The notes beneath the pieces were generated by a model, which worked only from the letters and a program-made list of their open reading frames with translations, ran no database searches and was not told the origin of the DNA. Position numbers and translations under genes: made by a program. A stretch of DNA of 64,000 nucleotides from Verrucomicrobiota bacterium. Its GTDB lineage: Bacteria > Verrucomicrobiota > Verrucomicrobiia > Opitutales > Seribacteraceae. Below are positions 46,380-56,615 of the stretch, one piece after another; within the stretch, counting starts at the first letter, position 1, and each line of letters begins with the position of its first letter. Location of the stretch: assembly GCA_027622665.1 (NCBI GenBank), contig JAQBYT010000008.1, forward strand, positions 71,382 to 135,381, in the 5' to 3' direction.

Positions 46380-46474
46380 ATTGAAGTTAGCCCGCTCACT
46401 TTTTTGCGAAGGTTCTTGCCTTATTCGTGTGGTTTTTCCTACTCTATAAGCCCTGCAACTAATGTTATTAAACA

Positions 46475-47455
46475 GTGAAACACATTTTCAACGAAGTCCA
46501 CTACGAGCTCACCCATAAAATCGCGGAAGGTGGCATGGGCATGGTCTACGAAGCCGTGCAGCAAGGAATTGGCGGTTTCCGCAAGGTCGTAGCCATCAAG
46601 CTGATTCGAGAAGAGTATTCAGCCATCGAGGAGTTTCGTAACAACTTCATAGGCGAAGCCAAACTGGTAGCCGACCTAATCCACACCAACATTGTACAGA
46701 CTTACCACCTCGGCAAGATCGGGGAGCAGTACTTCATGACGATGGAGTTTGTCGACGGGTGGAACCTGGAGGAGCTGTTGGATCGACATGTGGAGACCGA
46801 GCAATACATTCCTGCGGATTTGGCTGTATTCATCGTGTCTCGCATTGCTCGAGGGCTTGGGTATGCCCATCGAAAACGCGACGAGCAGAATCGGTTGCTC
46901 GGTATCGTGCATCGCGACGTGAACCCAAAGAACATTATGATGGCCAAGGAAGGCGACGTTAAGTTGACCGACTTCGGCATAGCCAAGGCCTTGGATATCA
47001 TGTACAATAAGGAAGGTGAAGTGATTGCGGGGAAGGACGAGTATCTTTCTCCCGAACAAGCTCGTTGCGAGGTCACCGATCACAGAGCCGACCTCTTCTG
47101 CTGCGGCATAGTTATGGCTGAACTTCTCTTGGGCTACAACCCCTTCGAGGCAATGGAATCCGAGGAAACCATCAAGAATATCCTCGAAATGGAAATTCCG
47201 AATTTCCCCGATCTTCGACCCGACATTGAGCCAAAGCTCAACGAGATACTGCACATGGCCTTGAAGAGACCCCGCGAAGAACGCTATCAATCTTCCGAAG
47301 CAATGCTTACTGAATTGGAGAGTTTTATTTACGGCAAAGGCTATGGCCCCACCAACGAAAAACTCGCTGCCTATGTCCACGACTTATTCGGTGACGATGG
47401 CCAAGACGCCGCTCTCCGATGGCATCGTGGCGAAACGCCCTTTCCCGACGTTTAA
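46475..47455 (+). CDS. Soluble Hanks-type Ser/Thr protein kinase
   Basis: [29 protein letters not shown]; no TM or sensor domain. Confidence 0.93.
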   Translation: MKHIFNEVHYELTHKIAEGGMGMVYEAVQQGIGGFRKVVAIKLIREEYSAIEEFRNNFIGEAKLVADLIHTNIVQTYHLGKIGEQYFMTMEFVDGWNLEELLDRHVETEQYIPADLAVFIVSRIARGLGYAHRKRDEQNRLLGIVHRDVNPKNIMMAKEGDVKLTDFGIAKALDIMYNKEGEVIAGKDEYLSPEQARCEVTDHRADLFCCGIVMAELLLGYNPFEAMESEETIKNILEMEIPNFPDLRPDIEPKLNEILHMALKRPREERYQSSEAMLTELESFIYGKGYGPTNEKLAAYVHDLFGDDGQDAALRWHRGETPFPDV

Positions 47456-47501
47456 CCAATCGTGCCGTTTGCCAGGCAAGCCATAAAGCCCGCCCATAGT
47501 C

Positions 47502-49055
47502 ATGGCCAGCCAATCACAAGGTCTTCGCCAAGTTCAAAAACAGACTCAGAATCTTGTTCTGGCTCCACAACTAAGGCAGTCCCTAAAAATCCTCCAAGTG
47601 CCCGCTCAAGAACTGCGGACAGCCATACTCGAAGAACTTCAGACCAATCCCGTTTTGGAGGAATTGTCGGGAAACGATGAAAGCCTCGATGCTGAAGTGG
47701 CGGAACATGATTCTCCGGAGTCGCCCGAAGAAAACCTAGGAAACGAAGAGATCGGCGACTATCCCGGCGACGCGGACAGCGAAGTTAATTCCGATAACTC
47801 CGACGATTCAGATCGTGAATTAGGCGAAAACCTAGAGGAAATGAACTTTGACGACAAATTCGCCGTTCTCAACGAAATGCAGGAAGACCTGCGCGAATAC
47901 TATGAGGCTGAATACGAGGGCGAGTCCCAGTTGGCCAATTCGCAAGCCGATGAAAAACGACAGTTTTTCTTCGACTCTCTTGTCGAGGAAACTTCCCTTC
48001 AGGAACACCTTATGGGGCAATTAAAGCTTTCCGACGTCACCGAGAGCGAGCTCGAGGCTGGTCGCTACCTAGTCGGAAGTCTTGACGAAAACGGATTTCT
48101 GTCGGCCCCACTTTCAGATCTAGCGTTGACTTCGGAACTCCCTCTCGCTGATCTGCAAAACGCTCACAAGGTGCTCAAGACCTTTGACCCTTCGGGTATC
48201 GCCGCTACCGACCTGCGTGAATGTCTCTTGCATCAACTTGAGCAAAGTGGCGAAATCGATTCTCCAGCCTGCGTAGTGGTTCGCGATCACTTGGACCTGC
48301 TGCTTCGTCGGCGCGTACCCGATCTTGCGCGAAAGCTTTCCCTGCCCAATGACCATATCCACGAACTGATCGAGCGAATCGCCGAACTGGATCCTGCTCC
48401 GGGTCGGCGATTCTCCATGGACACAAACCATTCGATCTCACCCGACGCGACCGTTGAGCGGATTGGCGACGAATGGGTCATATCCCTTACCAACGACTTT
48501 ATTCCCCGTCTTCGGATAAACAAGACCTACAAGGATCTCATTGCTAAAGGTAAGCTTGAACCCAAAGAGAGAGATTATATCCGAAATCAAATGCGATCAG
48601 GAAAATTTCTCATAAATGCAATCGAGCAGAGACAGAACACCATCGAGCGGATCACCAGAAAGCTGATCGAGCGTCAGACGGAATTTTTCGAAGAAGGTGT
48701 ATCCAGCCTCAAACCCCTCACTATGGCCGAAATGGCCGAGGAAATAGGTGTTCACGAAACCACCATTTCTCGAGCTATCTCAAGCAAGTACCTACAGACT
48801 TCGCACGGGATCTTCCCCTTCAAGTACTTTTTCACCCACGGCTACGTCGGTAAGGACGGAGACCTCGTGTCCAACACGAGCGTCAAGGAACTGATTGGCT
48901 CCATCATCGAGAAGGAAGACCCTACCAAACCTCTCAGCGACCGAAAAATAGTCGATATTCTCGCCGAACGCGACATGACGCTCGCTCGTCGCACAGTGGC
49001 CAAGTACCGTGAGCAACTAGGTATCCTCCCGACCAACCTTCGTCGTCGCTACTAA
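47502..49055 (+). CDS. rpoN: RNA polymerase sigma-54 factor
   Basis: Gln/Leu-rich region I, HETTISRA, RpoN box ARRTVAKYR. Confidence 0.97.
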   Translation: MASQSQGLRQVQKQTQNLVLAPQLRQSLKILQVPAQELRTAILEELQTNPVLEELSGNDESLDAEVAEHDSPESPEENLGNEEIGDYPGDADSEVNSDNSDDSDRELGENLEEMNFDDKFAVLNEMQEDLREYYEAEYEGESQLANSQADEKRQFFFDSLVEETSLQEHLMGQLKLSDVTESELEAGRYLVGSLDENGFLSAPLSDLALTSELPLADLQNAHKVLKTFDPSGIAATDLRECLLHQLEQSGEIDSPACVVVRDHLDLLLRRRVPDLARKLSLPNDHIHELIERIAELDPAPGRRFSMDTNHSISPDATVERIGDEWVISLTNDFIPRLRINKTYKDLIAKGKLEPKERDYIRNQMRSGKFLINAIEQRQNTIERITRKLIERQTEFFEEGVSSLKPLTMAEMAEEIGVHETTISRAISSKYLQTSHGIFPFKYFFTHGYVGKDGDLVSNTSVKELIGSIIEKEDPTKPLSDRKIVDILAERDMTLARRTVAKYREQLGILPTNLRRRY

Positions 49056-49094
49056 AAGCCGCAAATGTCTCAATAATCGGCGATCTCCCGCACC

Positions 49095-49760
49095 ATGAAC
49101 ACCGCCGACGCATTGTCCGGACTCCGTTTGCCGCTTCTTATCGACGCCTCCTCGCAGGTTCAGATCGGAATTCCCGACTCCAAGGGTTGGCTCAGCTTAG
49201 TAAGGGAGGAGAAACCAGCCTTGGAATCTCTCTTTGTGGCGATCCCAAGATCTCTCGGAGAGATCGATGCCTCCATCTCAGCAATCGATGCCATTCTATT
49301 TTGCGAAGGTCCCGGATCCACACTCGGACTCCGTGTTGCCGCGACGGCGGTAAAAACCATCCTTCGGGAAAACGAGCCATCCCCCACCCTTTTCACCTAC
49401 AATGCTCTCGATCTCGCCGCCATTATGTCTAACGACTTCTCGCGCCCCATATTGGCACCTTTCAGGAAAGGGAAAAGATTGCTACGCAGCCCAATCTCGG
49501 GTTCCGCCATCGGCTCTATCGAAGTTCTCGAAGAACCCATTTCGGAATCACTCTCGAAGGAAGCCCTTCACCTTCCATCTCTTCGGGCGTGGGAAACTGT
49601 GCCCGAACACTTGGACGTCCTCGACTACGATATTTCCCGCATCGCCGGTCTCTCCGGATTAGCCCCGATCCTGCGACCTGCTGAGATACCGGAGGTTTTC
49701 ACGCCTCTGCCTGCCGAGTTCCGCAAATGGGAACCCACCCGCAATCTATCGCCTAACTAG
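49095..49760 (+). CDS. tsaB: TsaB/YeaZ-like t6A biosynthesis protein (divergent)
   Basis: LLIDAS, IDAILFCEGPGSTLGLRVA (compare GPGSFTGLR). Confidence 0.75.
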   Translation: MNTADALSGLRLPLLIDASSQVQIGIPDSKGWLSLVREEKPALESLFVAIPRSLGEIDASISAIDAILFCEGPGSTLGLRVAATAVKTILRENEPSPTLFTYNALDLAAIMSNDFSRPILAPFRKGKRLLRSPISGSAIGSIEVLEEPISESLSKEALHLPSLRAWETVPEHLDVLDYDISRIAGLSGLAPILRPAEIPEVFTPLPAEFRKWEPTRNLSPN

Positions 49761-49766
49761 AATGGC

Positions 49767-50888
49767 ATGCGTTGCTGGGCCGAAATTGACCTTGCCGCCC
49801 TCGAGCGCAACCTAGGACTGATCCGGGCCGCCTTGCCTCAAGGCATTCGCTACGTATCGGTGGTCAAGGCGGATGCCTACGGGCATGGCATCCATCCCAC
49901 CGCGGCTCGCCTCATGCAAAGCGGGGTCGATCTCTTTGCCGTGGCCAATGTTCGCGAAGCCACTGAAATTCGCGAGATGGGCTCGGGTTGGCCCATTCTC
50001 GTACTCGGTCCCTTGTTGCCCGAGGAAGACCAATCCCTCGCCACTCACGATCTAATCGCCACCATATCCTGCGCCAATGAACTGGATCGCTTTGCGGCAG
50101 TTGCCCGAGAAGCAAGCAAAACGCTCCCCATACAGCTAAAAATAGACACCGGAATGGGCCGAATGGGAGCTTGGTGGGAAGACGCCGTTGCCCTTCTTCA
50201 AGACGCTCAGTCAAGACCCGAACTGAAACTGGAAGGCGCCCTCACCCACTTCGCCGACCCCAAGGACATTGAATTCACAAAGAATCAACGAAAAATCTTT
50301 CTCGATATCCTTCGAGAGCAAAATCTTCTCGGCAATCCGGATTTTCTGGTTCACGCCGACAATTCGTCCTCCCTTCGCACGCTTTCCTCCGACGATCCCT
50401 GCAATGCCGTTCGGATCGGTCTCCACCAGTTCGGAATCTCCCCACCCGCAGGTTCCCCCCTCGCCGATCTCAAGGTCGATCCCGTATTTTCCTTTCACGC
50501 CCGGTTGGCTCTGGTGAAAAATCTTCCTGCGGGTGCATCCGTCAGCTATGGCCGGGAATATGTCCTCGAACGGGATTCACGCATCGGCATATTGACCGCG
50601 GGCTACGGAGACGCCATTCCCCTGCCTTGCGGAAATCGAGCGGATGTCCTCCTGCGTGGCCGTCGCCATCCCATCGTGGGACGCGTGACCATGGATCAGA
50701 CTCTCGTAGACCTTACCGACGCCGATGAAGACCTGCAACCGGGAGAAAACATAACGTTAATCGGTTCGCAAGGGAGTGAACGGATACCGCTAACGGAGCT
50801 TGCCGCTCATTCGGACACCTCCCCATGGGAACTCCTGTGCTCCGTCACCAAGCGCGTGCCACGCGTCTACAAGACGACGCGGACTTAG
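49767..50888 (+). CDS. alr: Alanine racemase
   Basis: VVKADAYGHG, KIDTGMGRMG, VSYG, GYGD, GRVTMDQ. Confidence 0.96.
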   Translation: MRCWAEIDLAALERNLGLIRAALPQGIRYVSVVKADAYGHGIHPTAARLMQSGVDLFAVANVREATEIREMGSGWPILVLGPLLPEEDQSLATHDLIATISCANELDRFAAVAREASKTLPIQLKIDTGMGRMGAWWEDAVALLQDAQSRPELKLEGALTHFADPKDIEFTKNQRKIFLDILREQNLLGNPDFLVHADNSSSLRTLSSDDPCNAVRIGLHQFGISPPAGSPLADLKVDPVFSFHARLALVKNLPAGASVSYGREYVLERDSRIGILTAGYGDAIPLPCGNRADVLLRGRRHPIVGRVTMDQTLVDLTDADEDLQPGENITLIGSQGSERIPLTELAAHSDTSPWELLCSVTKRVPRVYKTTRT

Positions 50889-50907
50889 TCGGACCGTTTA
50901 GCCCGTA

Positions 50908-51582
50908 TCAGAGGTCTACGTTGCCCTTCACCTTTTCGACGATGCCGTCTAGCTCGGCAATACAGGCGGCGCGACGGTCATAGGCGTGCTGCCCGTCCTC
51001 GGGGCAACCGTAAGGCGACACCCAGCCCATCCCCTTTTCCTCGTGGGTCTTGTGCACCTCCCGAAGCCAACCCGCGATTTTCTCCAGATTGGCGAGTATG
51101 CGATTACCTTCTTGTGGTTCCTCATGCGGATTCCCATAGGGAGCTCGGCTCACGACGTTGCCTTCCTCGTCCTTCGATTCCTCCCAAGCTATCTCGGCCG
51201 TCTCGCACGACTCCCAAAAATGAATCTTTCCAAAATCCACGCAACCCTCGGTCACCGCTTGAGCCATAGCCTCGATCTCGGGCACGGCCACCTCGGCAAA
51301 GGATTCCTCGCCCTCGTCATTCTCCACTTTCCTTTCGGCGTCCTCGAGCAGGCGAATCTTCTCGTCAAAGGCTGCGGCCACGGCCTTAACAAAAGAGTAG
51401 TTCACTTGTGCCTTCAAGTCCCCGTCGAGCATCAAGTCGACATAGTCGAAATCGAGTGCCTGAGAGCCTTGCGCGTCCTCTGCCTCGGATTCCTTCCCAT
51501 TCTCGGCAATGGTCTCTTCCGGAATTAGGTCGTCGTCGTCCCGAATGGAAGAGCTATCGGTTTCAGCATGTGGTTCGTTCAT
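50908..51582 (-). CDS. Acidic hypothetical protein
   Basis: 224-aa Glu/Asp-rich ORF with coding-like codon pattern; no recognised family. Confidence 0.65.
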   Translation of the reverse strand: MNEPHAETDSSSIRDDDDLIPEETIAENGKESEAEDAQGSQALDFDYVDLMLDGDLKAQVNYSFVKAVAAAFDEKIRLLEDAERKVENDEGEESFAEVAVPEIEAMAQAVTEGCVDFGKIHFWESCETAEIAWEESKDEEGNVVSRAPYGNPHEEPQEGNRILANLEKIAGWLREVHKTHEEKGMGWVSPYGCPEDGQHAYDRRAACIAELDGIVEKVKGNVDL

Positions 51583-51733
51583 ATGGAGCAAGTAGTTAAA
51601 AATACTCTTGTTAAGCTGTTAAGGCGTTGCGGGCAATTCCTTTTGACGGTTCAGTCTGAAATCGGATTTCCACAACTTTTCATTTCTCTTTATTGGAATC
51701 GTGATTTAGAGAGAGGGTTGCTAGAATGTTTTT

Positions 51734-52534
51734 TTAGTTATGGGGCTCGGGTGCGGCGTGGCGGACAAGGGCGGAGGAGCGTTGGTAGAGTACGTCGAAG
51801 ACAGTTCCGGGTTGGACGGATTTTCCTTTTCTGACGGCGTCTTTGTCGGTAGGCAGGTCAACCATCGTTACTTCGCGGATGAGTAAGTATTTGGCGGAGT
51901 AGTCCTCAAGGATGCCCCATTCCTTGCAGGGCTTGTCGATGGTTCCGCTTTCAACGACTATGTGCCGCCCGCGATAGGTTTCGAGGACAGGTTCCCAGGC
52001 GTTGGGTATGACGCCGGTTAGGGATTGGCTCATCTCGGAGAGTTTCTTGTCGGCGTTCTTGACGTCGGACAGGTTGCTGCCCTTGGTGAGGGCGCCAATG
52101 ATGACGTTGAGGGACTGCCCGAAGGCATCGCGCACCATGTTGTAGAGGTTGAGGGAGGCGCGGCGGGTGCGATCGAAGAAGTTCGGGTTGCGGATACGGG
52201 CGAGGATTCGACGCCGGTCGGCGCCCGCACGGGTGTCCTCGGGGGGCGTCGGACGAGCGATGCAAGTGAGCTTGTCGACCTCGGCTTGATGAAGGACGAG
52301 CGAAGACACGAGGCCTGAGGCTTCTTTTCTGGGTTTGTCGTAGAGGAGTTCCAACCCGCTGGCGAATGGTCGAAGGATGCCGGCCCGCCAGAGACCGTCG
52401 GTGCGCCGCAGGAATACGAGATCGCCCTGAAACTTCTTAAGGCATGCGTCCCTGGCACGTCGCTTGAGAGCCGCACCGAGTAGAGCGGCGGCGAATAAAA
52501 AGATAACTGGAAGCCAAAAAGCGAGTGTAGTCAT
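51734..52534 (-). CDS. Hypothetical protein with N-terminal membrane anchor
   Basis: Hydrophobic N-terminus then KRRARDACLKKF; GC-rich codon usage; divergent from the lipoprotein gene. Confidence 0.75.
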   Translation of the reverse strand: MTTLAFWLPVIFLFAAALLGAALKRRARDACLKKFQGDLVFLRRTDGLWRAGILRPFASGLELLYDKPRKEASGLVSSLVLHQAEVDKLTCIARPTPPEDTRAGADRRRILARIRNPNFFDRTRRASLNLYNMVRDAFGQSLNVIIGALTKGSNLSDVKNADKKLSEMSQSLTGVIPNAWEPVLETYRGRHIVVESGTIDKPCKEWGILEDYSAKYLLIREVTMVDLPTDKDAVRKGKSVQPGTVFDVLYQRSSALVRHAAPEPHN

Positions 52535-52714
52535 GTATTTTTTAAGGAAAATGAATAAGTCAAACAATAATGCCACTAGACTGTAGTCATGATGAGTGTA
52601 TTTCATCAATTTTCATCCAAAATAATTATGGGAAGCAACGTTATTGATTTTTTTCCGGGCTTGCCGGATGGCGGATGGGTGTTTTGAATTAAGCCAATAA
52701 TCCTTTTCGCCACC

Positions 52715-53830
52715 ATGGTGATTGCCCAACGCCCAAGTCCACGCCTTTTACTTTTAGCGATCACCGCTTTCCTGTTCGGCTGCGGTGGCGATACGGGCGA
52801 AGAGGAAACCCCACCGGTAGACCCGGAATCGCCCGCGGTCAAAGAGCCGGCGACGCCCCCGAAACCCGTGGTGCCCGCGGCACCCCCAATCGTATACGTC
52901 GAGGAACTGGACCAATTCCAAGAGTATTTCAAGGAGCAGCACGACACGAGTTTCAGCCACACGCGAAAGAAGAACTATTGTAGTTTCACGGCGGGCAAGG
53001 CGGGCATGCCCATACGGATAGCGCTGTACGGCAAACCCCATTTCGCTACCTCGGACTTCTATGGATCCTCCATGAGCGGGGTGTTGCGTGAGGGCAATCC
53101 GGAGCGTGGTCTTAAGATAGCGAAGTGGAGCTTGTCCCGCGACGACGTAGTCTCCGAATTGGCGACACAGGGCTTGAGCGAGGTTGATTACGGCTGGATA
53201 GACGTAAAGTTTCAAGAACCGACAGCTCCACTTGAAATCGGGAAGAAGTATTTCGTGGTTTGCGAGCGGATTGCAGACGGGAAGCATTTTTTCGGTGCGT
53301 TTTCCTTCGGTGAGGGCAACCCCTATGCGGGTGGCAGGCACTGGCTGCATCCCGAGCATGACTTGGTGTTTCGCAGTTATGTGGGGAATGAAGAAAAACC
53401 AGTGCTCGAAGCACCAGAGACCAACGCCACGGAACCACCCGATCCGAAAGGGATTCCGATTACGCCATCGGTTCCTTCCCCGCAATATTCCGAGGACAAA
53501 AAGAATGTCGTCCCCCCTTTGGCTCCCGTTTCAACGCCACCTAGTCCAGTTGCTCCTGCTCCTGCTTCACCGGTCGCACCCCCGACTCCCGCACCACCTG
53601 TCGTGCCGCCGGGGCCACCTCAACCCAGACTGCGAAGTGTCATTCCGCTGGAGAAAGGGCCACTGGAAGAGATAGTTTTTCCTCGTAAATCGGGCGGGCT
53701 TGAAGGAACGAGGTCTTTGCCCTTGCCCTTGCCGCCTCCTCTGCCAAAGGCAAACGAAGCCACCGCGAACGGGGATCTCAACAAGACTAAGCGGCGCGGG
53801 TTATTGCCCGGCCTGTTTCCGCGCAAATAA
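52715..53830 (+). CDS. Predicted lipoprotein: beta-rich domain between Pro-rich linkers
   Basis: LFGC lipobox; central domain FTAGKAG...GWIDVKFQEP...IGKKYFVV...NPYAGG...DLVFRSYV; long Pro-rich tail. Confidence 0.75.
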   Translation: MVIAQRPSPRLLLLAITAFLFGCGGDTGEEETPPVDPESPAVKEPATPPKPVVPAAPPIVYVEELDQFQEYFKEQHDTSFSHTRKKNYCSFTAGKAGMPIRIALYGKPHFATSDFYGSSMSGVLREGNPERGLKIAKWSLSRDDVVSELATQGLSEVDYGWIDVKFQEPTAPLEIGKKYFVVCERIADGKHFFGAFSFGEGNPYAGGRHWLHPEHDLVFRSYVGNEEKPVLEAPETNATEPPDPKGIPITPSVPSPQYSEDKKNVVPPLAPVSTPPSPVAPAPASPVAPPTPAPPVVPPGPPQPRLRSVIPLEKGPLEEIVFPRKSGGLEGTRSLPLPLPPPLPKANEATANGDLNKTKRRGLLPGLFPRK

Positions 53831-53997
53831 GTTCGTTTGGCTTAGTGGACTCCGAAAGGGTTTATCCAAAGGCATCCGGCTCTATCTGGTGAGGAAACGA
53901 GCCAATCCTATTCTCTAATTAGTCTCCTTTTTTCTCGAAGTCTCGGCGGACTTTTGGGCGAACCGGACGCTCGGCCTGAATATCAATTACTTCATGA

Positions 53998-54510
53998 TCA
54001 TGCGGTATGGCGATGACTTCCTCGAAATCCTGATTTACTCGTCCCAGCATAAAAAAGCGCATTGCAGAGGCCATCCCCATTGTCATTCGACCCGTTAAGC
54101 CTGCCGAGAGGAGGATTGCTCTTGTGGGAATGGGCAGAGTTGGAGACCGTGAGTACGCCTCCCCTCGAGTTCGTTGTCACGCTGCCCTCGCTCCGGACAT
54201 TGATAGGCAGGATGAGATTCAATACGGAGGTGGCGATTGCCAGCCTCGTTCGGGCCTAGGGCGGTTTTGATGACGTTTTCAAAAGTTTCCCTGAGAAGAC
54301 TAAATACAGCGGGAGAGAAATAGGAGTTCGCCGCGCCTTCTGTTGGAAGCCCTTGCATGGTTTTTCGAAAATCGGGATCGTCGCGCAAGTTCGGTTTCGG
54401 GATAAAGAGTTTTTCCACGAAGTTCTTTCTCGTGGCCAAGACAAGCTTTCCGCTAGGTCGATGATGGAGTAGACGGGTTAGTAGACGGCAAATCCTTGGG
54501 CAGCTTCTCC
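53998..54510 (-). pseudogene. Frameshifted gene remnant
   Basis: Protein-like text continues across frames: KLPKDL / IID / LATRKNFVEKLFIPKPNLRDDPDFRKTMQGLPTEGAANSYFSPAV / NLILP...GSVTTNSRGGVLTVSNS; no single intact ORF. Confidence 0.55.
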
Positions 54511-54602
54511 TCCAACTGCAAGCCCACCTTTGCCTCGGACTGGCAATCCAGAACCCACATATTCGTCCATCTCACCTTGTGTCTTTTGATGCTGATTTCC
54601 AT

Positions 54603-54650
54603 GTATTGTTGGCAGTATTGTTGGCAGTATTGTTGGCAGTATTGTTGGCA
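54603..54650. repeat. 12-bp tandem repeat x4 (GTATTGTTGGCA)
   Basis: Four exact copies read directly. Confidence 0.97.
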
Positions 54651-54708
54651 GGACAACCTCCTGAAAGTTGACATGATTTGAGATGAAATGACAATTTACT
54701 AATGCAAC

Positions 54709-54740
54709 AAAAAAGCACATCCCATTGCTGAGATGTGCTT
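54709..54740 (-). terminator. Hairpin/terminator downstream of tRNA
   Basis: AAGCACATC...GATGTGCTT stem with T-run on the minus strand. Confidence 0.7.
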
Positions 54741-54768
54741 ATTTACTGGGGAAACCGCTAATTCAATA

Positions 54769-54845
54769 TGGTACCAAGGGTGGGACTCGAACCCACGACC
54801 CACGGATTATGATTCCGTTGCTCTAACCAACTGAGCTACCCTGGC
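54769..54845 (-). tRNA. tRNA with CAT anticodon, probably elongator tRNA-Met (Ile2 not excluded)
   Basis: GCCAGGGTAGCTCAGTTGGTTAGAGCAACGGAATCATAATCCGTGGGTCGTGGGTTCGAGTCCCACCCTTGGTACCA: 77-nt cloverleaf with encoded CCA; lacks initiator hallmarks. Confidence 0.95.
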
Positions 54846-54998
54846 ACAAAGTAAAAGAAGACATGGTAAGAAGACGAAGAAAGAGAGTCAAGTTTCAAGC
54901 CTTTGGAGAAAAGGGCAAATGGGGGTTTGCCCTTTACGAGCATCCCGTTAGTTAACTATTTCGCAGTAAGTAGCTTTGAATATAATTCCATTTCTCAT

Positions 54999-56534
54999 GT
55001 GAATCAAGAAGATCCCACAGTTCTAGTAATCGACGATGACGCCGAAATTCGGTACTCGATTGATCGAGTCCTTACTAAATTGGGGGTAAGGGTCACGGCC
55101 GCAGACAGTGGAGAAACAGGTATCGAGAAAGCCCAAACCGTAAATCCCGACATAATCTTTCTGGATAACCGTATGGGAGGGATTTCGGGCATCGAGACCC
55201 TGCAGCACCTTCGGACGGCGGCTCCGCAGTCTATGGTGATCCTGATGACTGCCTACGGCACCTCGCAAACGGCAATCGAAGCGATGAAGCATGGTGCATT
55301 CGACTATGTATTGAAGCCGTTCGACCTCAAGAAATTGGAGTCGCTCGTGGCCAAAGCCTTGCAGGCGAGCCGCGACATTCGCGCATCAGGTGAGAAAAAC
55401 GATAATCTGCTGAACTCTGCCGATTATTCCGAAGGCATTGTCGGGAGCGGTGATGCCATGCAGAATGTTCTCAAAACGGTAGGTCAAGTTGCTGCCAGCG
55501 AAGCAACGGTCATGGTAACCGGTGAAAGCGGCACGGGCAAGGAATTGATTGCCCGTTGCGTACATCGTCACAGTCACCGCGCCAAAGGTCCGTTCGTTGC
55601 CGTAAATTGTGCCGCCATCCCTGAAAACCTCATCGAGAGTGAATTGTTTGGTCACGAAAAAGGTGCTTTTACCGGAGCGACGAACTCAAAGGCCGGTCAA
55701 TTCGAGTTGTCCAGCGGCGGTACTCTTTTTCTTGATGAGATAGGCGACATGACCCTCCCTACCCAAACCAAGATTCTACGGGCTATCCAAGAAGGAGAAA
55801 TTCAGCGAGTGGGAGGTACGAAGGTAAAGAAAGTCGACGTTCGCTTTCTCGCAGCGACTAATAAGAATTTGGTTTCAATGGTGAAAACCAAGGAGTTCAG
55901 GGAGGACTTGTACTACAGACTGAACGTAGTCACCATTGAGATGCCTCCCCTCCGGCAGCGGATGGAAGACCTTCCCGAACTGGTCGACTTCATCATGCAT
56001 CGGCTGAATAAAGAAAAGAAGACGGGGGTAAAGGAAATATCCAAGGATGCTCTGGATGCCTTATGCAATTACGATTGGCCCGGCAACGTGAGGGAACTGG
56101 AGAACGCCCTTCACGCTGCATCGGTCGCAAGCAAAGGAAAACGCATTCTGGGCAAGGACTTGCCCTCCCTCCTCAACGCAGGCAAGCGATCCACTGGTGT
56201 CCCAGCTCAGGCAGACAAGAATTCTCCAAGCGACGACCGTTCCTCGCCAAATTTCGGATCTCGAATAGAGCCGAAAGCTCGCGAGGCGGACAAAAGCGAA
56301 TCCACCGGCGAAACGATTTCGACGAGCAGCGTCACCGCTTCCGAATCCTTCGACCTCGCCTACGCCAACATACGGGAAATGTCCGATTCGAATCTCCTCG
56401 CGCTCATAGAAAAAGAGATGATTCAAAGGACTCTGGCCGAGACGGGAGGCAATCAAGTCAACGCATCAGTCCTGCTCGGCATCACCCGGGCTACACTTCG
56501 TAAGCGGATCGACGCCTATGGCATTCGTTTCTAG
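54999..56534 (+). CDS. NtrC-family sigma54-dependent response regulator
   Basis: Receiver (VIDDD, FLDNRM, LKPFD), [28 protein letters not shown], Fis-type HTH; GTG start inferred. Confidence 0.95.
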   Translation: MNQEDPTVLVIDDDAEIRYSIDRVLTKLGVRVTAADSGETGIEKAQTVNPDIIFLDNRMGGISGIETLQHLRTAAPQSMVILMTAYGTSQTAIEAMKHGAFDYVLKPFDLKKLESLVAKALQASRDIRASGEKNDNLLNSADYSEGIVGSGDAMQNVLKTVGQVAASEATVMVTGESGTGKELIARCVHRHSHRAKGPFVAVNCAAIPENLIESELFGHEKGAFTGATNSKAGQFELSSGGTLFLDEIGDMTLPTQTKILRAIQEGEIQRVGGTKVKKVDVRFLAATNKNLVSMVKTKEFREDLYYRLNVVTIEMPPLRQRMEDLPELVDFIMHRLNKEKKTGVKEISKDALDALCNYDWPGNVRELENALHAASVASKGKRILGKDLPSLLNAGKRSTGVPAQADKNSPSDDRSSPNFGSRIEPKAREADKSESTGETISTSSVTASESFDLAYANIREMSDSNLLALIEKEMIQRTLAETGGNQVNASVLLGITRATLRKRIDAYGIRF

Positions 56535-56615
56535 GTGGCCTTGCTTCAGGTTTCGACAGTTCAGGATTTTTCTGAAAGTATTCTATTAATTGCTTGAAAG
56601 CATTTTAGACCAATA

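Noticed and set aside
54603..54650. 12-bp array as a CRISPR, a sigma54 promoter, or a QQYC/LPTI/WQYC repeat peptide gene
   Set aside because: No spacers; spacing gives GG-N10-GG rather than GG-N10-GC; the short ORFs in several frames are by-products of a stop-free 12-mer
54769..54845. Initiator tRNA-fMet call
   Set aside because: No C1:A72 mismatch and no three consecutive G-C pairs in the anticodon stem
54999..56615. NtrC-like regulator as the direct activator of the KS-ACP cluster
   Set aside because: No GG-N10-GC element found in the 81-bp gap before the KS gene; adjacency alone is not evidence
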